NCBI GenBank assembly: GCA_016839765.1
Contig: JAEOTP010000059.1
Location: 1-10,450 of the forward strand
From: Promethearchaeota archaeon
GTDB lineage: Archaea; Asgardarchaeota; Lokiarchaeia; Sigyniarchaeales; SOKP01
Direction of reading: 5' to 3'
DNA length: 10,450 nucleotides
Positions within the stretch are counted from its first letter, which is position 1. Each line of letters begins with the position of its first letter. Made by a program: the position numbers and the translations under genes. The notes beneath the pieces were generated by a model. That model searched no databases, was not told where the DNA came from, and saw nothing but the letters and a program-made list of their open reading frames with translations. Shown in pieces: positions 1-6,966 of this stretch.

Positions 1-1133
1 AAGGAATTGAATATGCTCATATCTTAGAAAAAAAAGAAGTATATCCTATTATTTTTGATAAAAATAATGACGTACTTTCCTTTCCCCCAATAATTAACGG
101 GGAACTAACGACAGTTACAGAACAAACGCAAAATATTTTCTTAGATTTAACAGGAACCGATTTTAATGCGATAAATTTAGCCTTAAATATATTAGTAACA
201 ACATTAGCAGACATGGGCGCAATAATAGAAAGTGTAAAAGTAAATTATGAAGGTGAAAAAGAAATTATTACACCGAATCTAAATCCAAATAAATGGGAAG
301 TAAAGATTGATTATATTAATAACTATATTGGATTGAATTTATCAGCCACAGAAATGATCAAATGTTTTCAAAAAGTTAGAATGGATGCTAAAAGTTCTAA
401 GAAGAAAGGGCACCTAGACATATGGGTACCGGCTTACCGCGGAGATATCATGCACGTAGTTGATTTTACGGAAGAATGTGGAATTGGATATGGATATTTT
501 AATATTCCTAAAACAATTAAAGAAGGATGTATTGGAGAGTATCATCCCCTCCAAACTTTCTCTAATAAAGTACGTACTTTTATGATCGGTGCAGGATATT
601 TAGAAGTTTTAAACTTTATATTATCTAATTCTGAAAAACATTATGATTATATGAAACAAGAGTTTAAAGAGGAAAAATCACTTCAAATTGCAAATCCAGT
701 TTCTAAGGAATACAATACCACACGTACAAGAATTCTTCCAAAATTAATGGAAACTCTTCTTTATAATCGTTCTGAGGAAAAACCAATTAGAATTTTCGAG
801 GTGGGGGATGTGATATTATTAGCTCCTAAAGAAGAAACAGGTGCTAAGAGAGAAGTACATCTCTCAGCAGTTACTTATCATGAGGATGCTGATTTTACAG
901 AGATACGATCAACATTAGACTTTATAATGACATCACTCGGTCATTACTCAAATTACCAAGTAAAGTCAGCAAAGAATCCAACTTACATTTCTGGTAGATA
1001 TGGAGAAATCTATTTGAATGGTTCTATTATTGGAGAAATTGGAGAAGTTCATCCAGAAGTATTAGTAAATTTTAAGTTAGAGTTCCCTGTAGCAGCAATG
1101 GAATTGAATTTAGAATTATTAAATTTTTTATAA
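1..1133 (+). CDS. pheT: Phenylalanine--tRNA ligase beta subunit, archaeal/eukaryal type (5'-truncated by window edge)
   Basis: The frame of the 213..1133 ORF is open back to base 3 (GIEYAHILEKKEVYPIIFDKNNDVLSFPPIINGELTTVTEQTQNIFLDLTGTD...), so ATG 213 is internal. Motifs: VLSFPPIING and NIFLDLTGTD (B3/4), VPAYRGDIMHVVDFTEECGIGYGY (B5), IANP, PIRIFEVGDV, GEIGEVHPEVLVNF. The protein ends with no C-terminal anticodon-binding (B8/FDX-ACB) domain, as in archaeal/eukaryal beta subunits. Confidence 0.96.
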   Translation, partial: GIEYAHILEKKEVYPIIFDKNNDVLSFPPIINGELTTVTEQTQNIFLDLTGTDFNAINLALNILVTTLADMGAIIESVKVNYEGEKEIITPNLNPNKWEVKIDYINNYIGLNLSATEMIKCFQKVRMDAKSSKKKGHLDIWVPAYRGDIMHVVDFTEECGIGYGYFNIPKTIKEGCIGEYHPLQTFSNKVRTFMIGAGYLEVLNFILSNSEKHYDYMKQEFKEEKSLQIANPVSKEYNTTRTRILPKLMETLLYNRSEEKPIRIFEVGDVILLAPKEETGAKREVHLSAVTYHEDADFTEIRSTLDFIMTSLGHYSNYQVKSAKNPTYISGRYGEIYLNGSIIGEIGEVHPEVLVNFKLEFPVAAMELNLELLNFL

Positions 1134-1184
1134 TACATGCAATGAAGAATAAAATTCTTATATCTCAGAAAAAAGGTTTTCATA

Positions 1185-2285
1185 TTGAGCAATAATGAAG
1201 AATTTAAAAAAGATTTAGAGCAATATAGGAAAGAAATAGATGAAATTGACGATAAAATTGTTGATCTATTAAATAAAAGAGGAAATCTCGCTATTAAATT
1301 AGGAGAGGTTAAAAAAAAATTAAAAGTTGAATTAATCCAGCTACATAGGGAAAGAGAGGTTATAGAAAGGATTAAAAATAAATCATCTGTTTTTAAAAAA
1401 TCAAATATGGAATTAATTTGGAATGAGATTATTGGTGCCAGTAAAGCGGTTCAAGGAAAAATCGTTAAGGTTGGCTATCTAGGACCTATGGGGACTTTCA
1501 CTCATCAAGCGGTACTTGAATTATTTCCTAAATCAGGAACAAAATTTATCCCATATAACAGCTCATTAGAAATATTTAATGATATTGAAAAGGATATTAT
1601 TGTATTTGGAGTAATCCCTATAGAAAATAGTTTACAAGGAACTGTTCTAGAAACTATTGATATATTAATCGAAAAAGAACTTCTTATCTATAGCGAGATT
1701 GAATTAAGGATAGTTCAAAATTTAATTGGTTTAAAGGAATCAAAAGTTTCGGATATAAAACATTTATTCTCACATCCTCAAGCATTCGCCCAAACACGTT
1801 TATGGATAAAAGAAAACTTACCTAATGTAAATTTGATCAATGTAAGTTCGACTGCAGAAGCAGTCAGAAGGGTTCGTAAATTAAATGACAAATCATATGC
1901 GGCTATTGGGACGGTATTTGCTAGTAAGGTTTATGATTTAGAGATTCTAAAATCTAAAATTGAAGATGAACCGATGAATTATACACGATTTTTAGTATTA
2001 TCTAAAAAAGAATATCCATTAAAAACCGAAAAGATGAAAACTTCAGTAGTATTTGCTACTAAACATATACCTGGTGCTTTATACAATGTTTTAAAAATAT
2101 TTTCTGATGCAAAAATAAATTTAACAAAAATAGAATCTAGACCTAGCAGAAAAATACGCTGGGAATATATTTTTTTTATGGATTTTGAAGGAAATAAAGC
2201 TGAACCATATATTAAGGAAGCAGTTCAGTTAATGAAAACAAATGTTATTTGGTACAAAATCCTAGGATCTTACCCTATGAAATAA
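1185..2285 (+). CDS. pheA: Bifunctional chorismate mutase / prephenate dehydratase (P-protein) with C-terminal ACT domain
   Basis: N-terminal AroQ-type CM (LEQYRKEIDEIDDKIVDLLNKR...VKK...RE). PDT motifs YLGPMGTFTHQA, PIENSLQG, SHPQAFAQ, SSTAEA, NYTRF. ACT motifs PGAL, NLTKIESRP, WEYIFFMDFEG. TTG start, with a weak AGGT at 1175-1178. Confidence 0.95.
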   Translation: MSNNEEFKKDLEQYRKEIDEIDDKIVDLLNKRGNLAIKLGEVKKKLKVELIQLHREREVIERIKNKSSVFKKSNMELIWNEIIGASKAVQGKIVKVGYLGPMGTFTHQAVLELFPKSGTKFIPYNSSLEIFNDIEKDIIVFGVIPIENSLQGTVLETIDILIEKELLIYSEIELRIVQNLIGLKESKVSDIKHLFSHPQAFAQTRLWIKENLPNVNLINVSSTAEAVRRVRKLNDKSYAAIGTVFASKVYDLEILKSKIEDEPMNYTRFLVLSKKEYPLKTEKMKTSVVFATKHIPGALYNVLKIFSDAKINLTKIESRPSRKIRWEYIFFMDFEGNKAEPYIKEAVQLMKTNVIWYKILGSYPMK

Positions 2286-2414
2286 AACTTTGTTTTTAAA
2301 AAACTCTTTACTTTAAAGTATTTTGATTTCTAAAAGTATTTTAATTATTTTTTTTTTTAATTAAATGTATATAGCTTTTAACAATTCTAGAGAGTATAAT
2401 TTGGTTCGGTTAAT

Positions 2415-3146
2415 ATGCTTGGCAAAGTAAGGAATGATGGAAGAATATTTAATGAAATTCGAAAAACCACTATAGAGCGTAATTATCTTAAATATCCAGA
2501 AGGTTCTGTCTTGATTACTCAGGGTAGAACTAAAATAATCATAACCGCATCTATTTTAGATTATGTTCCGAAATTTTTAGCTGATACAGGCACTGGATGG
2601 ATAACTGCTGAATACAATATGTTACCAAGAGCTACTCAATCACGAAATAATCGAGAAAGGAACAGACTAAGGGTAAAGGGTCGAACTCATGAAATACAAC
2701 GATTAATTGGGAGATCTATGCGTGGTGCGTTTAATTATGAAAAAATAGGAGAAAGAACTATCCAAATAGACTGTGATGTTATTCAAGCAGATGGAGGAAC
2801 GAGATGTGCTGCTATAACAGGAGCGTTTGTGGCAGTTTTTGATGCAATTAATTATTTGTATAATGAAAAATTAATATATGATTTTCCAGATTACAAAGTT
2901 ACGGCAGCCATATCCTTAGGAATTAAAAATGATAAAGTTATTTTGGATTTGGATTATAATGAAGATTCAAATGTAGATGTTGATTTTAATCTCGTATTAA
3001 ACGAAGACTTAGAATTTATAGAGATTCAGGGTACAGCTGAAGGAAAAACGTTCAATAAAGATAAATTAAATGAAATTTTGGAGCTTGGTCAAAAAGGAAT
3101 TCTAGAACTGATTCAAATACAAAAAAAAGTACTAAATTTAATTTAA
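2415..3146 (+). CDS. rph: Ribonuclease PH (tRNA nucleotidyltransferase), bacterial type
   Basis: RNDGR...EGSVL...GWITAEYNMLPRAT...RE...GRTHEIQRLIGRSMR...CDVIQADGGTRCAAITGA...LDLDYNEDS...D.N...IEIQGTAE, 243 aa. Colinear with E. coli/B. subtilis RNase PH as I recall them. Confidence 0.96.
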   Translation: MLGKVRNDGRIFNEIRKTTIERNYLKYPEGSVLITQGRTKIIITASILDYVPKFLADTGTGWITAEYNMLPRATQSRNNRERNRLRVKGRTHEIQRLIGRSMRGAFNYEKIGERTIQIDCDVIQADGGTRCAAITGAFVAVFDAINYLYNEKLIYDFPDYKVTAAISLGIKNDKVILDLDYNEDSNVDVDFNLVLNEDLEFIEIQGTAEGKTFNKDKLNEILELGQKGILELIQIQKKVLNLI

Positions 3147-3190
3147 ATTTTCTTTATAATTTTTTCTTATTAATTACTGATTTATTAAAT
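3147..3190. terminator. T-rich gap between convergent rph and sulfatase-like gene; possible oligo(T) terminator
   Basis: ATTTTCTTT...TTTTTTCTT directly after the rph stop, with no GC-rich hairpin. This is compatible with archaeal-style termination. Confidence 0.3.
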
Positions 3191-4651
3191 TTATAAATCT
3201 AATTTAACTGTTTTAATTGCTTTAATGATTTTTGCTTTTTCATCCAGAGCTAATGCTCTCTGAAAATGTGTATCCCTAATCATTCTAAATTCTAGTGCTT
3301 TCTCTGGCAATTCTTTAATAATGTTATTTTTCTCTTTTGGATCTAACCTAAGATTAAATAATAATTCAAGATTTTTTTCCTCATCATAAATATATTTCCA
3401 AAGATCCGATTTAATTGACAATAATTTAAAACCCTCTTCATTGTTCCTTTTCATTTGACCGTTTTTTTGATAACACTCTGAAATGATATAATCTAACTCT
3501 TTCAATGATTCTCCATGGAGTAAAGGAAGAATCGTTCTTCCTTGAAAAAATTCAGGAATAGCTATATCAAAATAATCTAAAATTGTAGGAGATATATCAA
3601 GTAATTGGATAGTATCATGAATTTGCCTTTTATTTGGTTTTTTCCCCATCTCAATAATAAAAAGTGGTACCCTTAATAACTCATCATATATACTCCCTTG
3701 ATGCCCAAAAATACTATGTTCGTAGAAATTTTCTCCATGGTCTGCAGTAATTATTATTAAACAATTTTTCTTAAAATGAAATTGAATATATTTAAAGAGT
3801 TTACCTAGATACTCATCAAGATAATTAATTTCACTATCATAGAGAAGTTTTAAATCATCTATCATTTTAGGAGTTACCTTGGGATTATGATGCATAATAT
3901 AGACCTTGGATGTTAAAAATTCTCTCTGTTTTAAACTAAAATCTTCTTTTCTGAAGTTCAATACATTTTTAGAGGGAGGGTTATAAGGACTATGAATATC
4001 CATAAAATGTGCCCATAAAAAGAAAGGAGGTTTTGTTTGATTTAAAAAGGAAATAATTTTATCTGTTATATAAGGAGCATTATAAGCTATTGAAGAAAAC
4101 GGTAATAATAGATCTGTAAGTGCAGGAATTTTATCCCTTAACCAGAATTTAATCTTATTAAAGCCTTTTAAGTTATATAATAACTTTTTAGAAAGTTGTT
4201 TAATATCGAGAAATTTAACTAAATGTGAACTAAATTTTTGTTTAAAATTTAAACTCATTTGCATATCTTTCTTTGGTTTATACCTCTCACCATCTAAAAA
4301 TGTATCAAATCCACGATCATAATTAAAAAATCTTCCTAAATTTGGATTACTATGAATAGCATAAGTATAAATTCCATGTTCCTTTAATAATTGAGTTAAT
4401 GTGATTTTTTGGGAAGGTAAAGGTGTATAACCCCCTTCTAAAAATGGTAGAATGGACGTAAAAATTGCTGAAAAGGAAGATGGTGTTTCTGGCCCATTTG
4501 TATAGCAATTAAAAAAAGTAGTAGCGTTTTTTATAAATTTCTCTAAATTTGGGGCAGTATTTCTATTATAACCATAAAATTTCAGATGATCTGCCCTTAA
4601 AGCATCGATTGTGAGTAGTATTACATTTTTATTTTTTAATGTATTATCCAT
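3191..4651 (-). CDS. Sulfatase-like hydrolase/transferase (alkaline phosphatase superfamily), Thr at nucleophile position
   Basis: NVILLTIDALRADHL, TAPNL, GPETPSSFSAIFTS, RGFD, HFMDIHSPY, YDSEINYLD, IIITADHGE, GHQGSIYDELLRVPL, LLDISPTIL, WKYI, LFNLRLDPKEKNN. No CxPxR/SxPxR motif and no obvious signal peptide. Confidence 0.9.
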   Translation of the reverse strand: MDNTLKNKNVILLTIDALRADHLKFYGYNRNTAPNLEKFIKNATTFFNCYTNGPETPSSFSAIFTSILPFLEGGYTPLPSQKITLTQLLKEHGIYTYAIHSNPNLGRFFNYDRGFDTFLDGERYKPKKDMQMSLNFKQKFSSHLVKFLDIKQLSKKLLYNLKGFNKIKFWLRDKIPALTDLLLPFSSIAYNAPYITDKIISFLNQTKPPFFLWAHFMDIHSPYNPPSKNVLNFRKEDFSLKQREFLTSKVYIMHHNPKVTPKMIDDLKLLYDSEINYLDEYLGKLFKYIQFHFKKNCLIIITADHGENFYEHSIFGHQGSIYDELLRVPLFIIEMGKKPNKRQIHDTIQLLDISPTILDYFDIAIPEFFQGRTILPLLHGESLKELDYIISECYQKNGQMKRNNEEGFKLLSIKSDLWKYIYDEEKNLELLFNLRLDPKEKNNIIKELPEKALEFRMIRDTHFQRALALDEKAKIIKAIKTVKLDL

Positions 4652-4884
4652 TATTTTTTATAATAGAAAGAAATTAAATAAGATTTTTTTATTTTAATGG
4701 TTGAAAACTATGATTTTAATTAGATTATCGTTTAGTTTTTATTATATTTTTCTTAATAAGTGAAAGATTTTAATGATCTAAATATTTCACCAAGAAAAAA
4801 TGAGATCTAGGCTGTTTCGCATTATTTATTCTTTCTAATTTTATAGGTTTAAATTTGATTTAATTACAGAATTTGATATTAAAA

Positions 4885-4899
4885 ATGTAATAATTACAT
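4885..4899. promoter_or_regulatory. Inverted repeat ATGTAAT-A-ATTACAT, possible operator in the divergent sulfatase/GT4 region
   Basis: Perfect 7-bp arms with a 1-nt spacer, ending 52 bp upstream of the GT4 start and upstream of a TATA-like TTTAAAA (4927-4933). The function is inferred only. Confidence 0.3.
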
Positions 4900-4951
4900 A
4901 TTTTATCATAGAACCACTCAAATTTATTTAAAATAGATATTTTTCTTATTA

Positions 4952-6136
4952 GTGAATGAAAAAAAAAAAAAGTTATTTCTTTTATCACCTCTAGCACTTG
5001 AAAATGGAAGAGGTGGGGAAATATCATCTATAGAATTGGCTTCAGGTTTAAATAATATCTACGATGTATCTTTTATGGATACTAACATTATAACCGATAA
5101 AATCCTTCTTTCCGATGAAACTATAAATATCAAATTAAAAGGATTAAAAAAGAGGGGAAGGTTAAGATTTTTAACTTTAAGAATTTTAAATAAGTGTTTT
5201 GATTTTCCATTTCCAAGGGATATTTTTAGATTATATAAAATATTAAAAGAACATCATATAGTATATACTTCCTATCACAATATAAAACTGAGTTTACTTT
5301 TTATATTTTATATTCTATTACTTCCTCGTACTAAATTTATAATAGGATATAGAAAACCATTATATAGTAAGAGAATTTTCTCCCTATATAATATAAAATA
5401 TAGATGCTCTATTCTTTTATTTTCACTGATTAAAAAAGGATTATACCATCATGTTTTATCTTATCATGCTAAAAAGTTTTTGGAAAAATTTTACGGTTCA
5501 TCTAAAATTTATCATATTGTTCACGGCATAGACCTAGATAATTATAATGGGATAAAAAATGAAAAAGAAAAAGACGTATTAAAATTTTGCTATATAGGAT
5601 ATCTTGATGATGTTCATAAGGGTGTGGGCATATTATTAGAAGGAATTAAGCGATTTTTAAAAGAAAATAAAAAACCTCGGGTTCTATTCGAATTCTGTGG
5701 AATTGGTCCCTTAGAACCTGAAGTTAAAAAAATAGAAAAGCAATTTCCTAATATTATTAAATATTACGGATATATTGATAACTTAAGTATCCCAAAATAT
5801 TATAGAAAAAATGATATTTTCTTGTTCTCTTCAAGACGAGAACCATTTCCCCGAACCATAATAGAAGCTTTAGCCTCGCGCTTGATTATAATTTCCAGTA
5901 AGACCATTGGTTCGATTGAATTGTTGAAAGGGAAAAAGTTTGGTTTTTTTATAAAAAAGCTAGATCCAGAAAGTATCAAAGAAAAAATAAATGAAGTTTA
6001 TAATATATGGCTCAACGATCCTAGTAAAATTGAAAAATTACAAGAAGAAGCAAGGTTGTTTATAGTTAAAAATTACTCCATTTCTCATGAAATAAGAATG
6101 TTTAAAAATTTTATTGATGAGATTATTAAAATTTAA
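4952..6136 (+). CDS. Glycosyltransferase family 4 (GT-B, retaining)
   Basis: N-terminal GRGGEISSIELA, HGIDL, YIGYL..HKGVGILLE, GIGPL, YYGYI, and the E-x7-E motif EPFPRTIIE (5840-5866). The GTG start is uncertain (see the A13 finding). Confidence 0.92.
   Translation: MNEKKKKLFLLSPLALENGRGGEISSIELASGLNNIYDVSFMDTNIITDKILLSDETINIKLKGLKKRGRLRFLTLRILNKCFDFPFPRDIFRLYKILKEHHIVYTSYHNIKLSLLFIFYILLLPRTKFIIGYRKPLYSKRIFSLYNIKYRCSILLFSLIKKGLYHHVLSYHAKKFLEKFYGSSKIYHIVHGIDLDNYNGIKNEKEKDVLKFCYIGYLDDVHKGVGILLEGIKRFLKENKKPRVLFEFCGIGPLEPEVKKIEKQFPNIIKYYGYIDNLSIPKYYRKNDIFLFSSRREPFPRTIIEALASRLIIISSKTIGSIELLKGKKFGFFIKKLDPESIKEKINEVYNIWLNDPSKIEKLQEEARLFIVKNYSISHEIRMFKNFIDEIIKI
4959..4971 (+). repeat. A13 homopolymer in the first codons of the GT4 gene
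   Basis: gtgaatg AAAAAAAAAAAAA gtta; the longest homopolymer I found in the window. Confidence 0.9.
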
Positions 6137-6161
6137 TGTTTTAGAATTTTCTGTTATCTAA

Positions 6162-6890
6162 TTATTTTCTTTTAAGATACCCATTTGGGTTCCACGTCAT
6201 ATATAATTTCTCTTTAGTTTTATCTATTTTAAAATGTTGATTCTCTTTTAAAAATTCAATAACTGCTTCCATAGGTCCTGGGCCAAATAAAGGATCTATT
6301 GGATGACCATTAAGATGGGTATCTTCAACAATAATATAACTTCCTTTGGTAACCAATGAACCATATAAATTTAATTCCTTTAATACGTGCTCTTTTATAT
6401 GATAAGAGTCAAGATCAACTAAAACTGTATCATTTTCCTTTATTTCTTTTTTAACTTGAAGAAAAATATCTTCAGAAACAGAAGAACCAATAAAATATTT
6501 GATTCTACCATGTTGAGGTTTATTTTTATAATCTTTTATATCTATCGTTAAAACTTTTCCTTTACCTATTAAATCACATAAAGAAGCAAAATATAGTGCA
6601 CTCCCTCCATATTTCGTTCCGCATTCGATTATTATATTTGGTTTTATATCGAAAAGTATTTCTTGAAATATCCACAAATCAAGGGGGTTTTTAAGAATTT
6701 TTATACCAAGCCATTTCATGTCTTTCCAAGTTCCTTCTGTCGAATAAGCGTTGTAAAAGAGTTTATGAAAATTGCTAGTAATTTGTTCTTGAATAGTTTT
6801 GTCTCTGCTTATATTTTTAAATATCATGTTAATGTAAATTTTTTGATAAAAAATATTTAGTAATTTTCTCAATACTGCTGGTAATTTCAT
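6162..6890 (-). CDS. CmcI (cephalosporin hydroxylase) family SAM-dependent methyltransferase, probable sugar O-methyltransferase
   Basis: WLGIKILKNPLDLWIFQEILFDIKPNIIIECGTKYGGSALYFA, VLTIDI, GSS, LDSYH..EHVLKEL..Y..LVTKGSYIIVEDT, PGPMEAV.EFL, TWNPNGYLKR. These are typical of PF04989 and include a class I SAM-binding ExGxxxGGS motif. Confidence 0.9.
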   Translation of the reverse strand: MKLPAVLRKLLNIFYQKIYINMIFKNISRDKTIQEQITSNFHKLFYNAYSTEGTWKDMKWLGIKILKNPLDLWIFQEILFDIKPNIIIECGTKYGGSALYFASLCDLIGKGKVLTIDIKDYKNKPQHGRIKYFIGSSVSEDIFLQVKKEIKENDTVLVDLDSYHIKEHVLKELNLYGSLVTKGSYIIVEDTHLNGHPIDPLFGPGPMEAVIEFLKENQHFKIDKTKEKLYMTWNPNGYLKRK

Positions 6891-6966
6891 TATCTTTTCA
6901 CTAAATTACTATATTTTTTAAATAAACATAAATTCTTCTTATTTTTCATTAATGCTCTTAATATTT

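Noticed and set aside
17-214. 65-aa minus-strand ORF
   Set aside because: Antisense shadow of the conserved pheT frame, which is open from base 3.
213-215. ATG 213 as the pheT start
   Set aside because: Conserved PheT motifs continue upstream in frame; the true start is outside the window.
1131-1187. pheT and pheA are in the same frame (possible readthrough fusion)
   Set aside because: The TAA is followed three codons later by an in-frame TGA (TAC ATG CAA TGA), and there is no recoding signal.
1142-1195. 17-aa uORF MKNKILISQKKRFHIEQ overlapping the pheA start (attenuator leader?)
   Set aside because: Only one Phe codon and no alternative hairpins, unlike pheL-type leaders.
2415-3146. Exosome subunit Rrp41/Rrp42 call
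   Set aside because: The motifs match bacterial Rph, and there are no rrp4/rrp42 neighbours.
6663-6860. 65-aa plus-strand ORF
   Set aside because: Antisense to the conserved CmcI-family gene; TTG start and no motifs.
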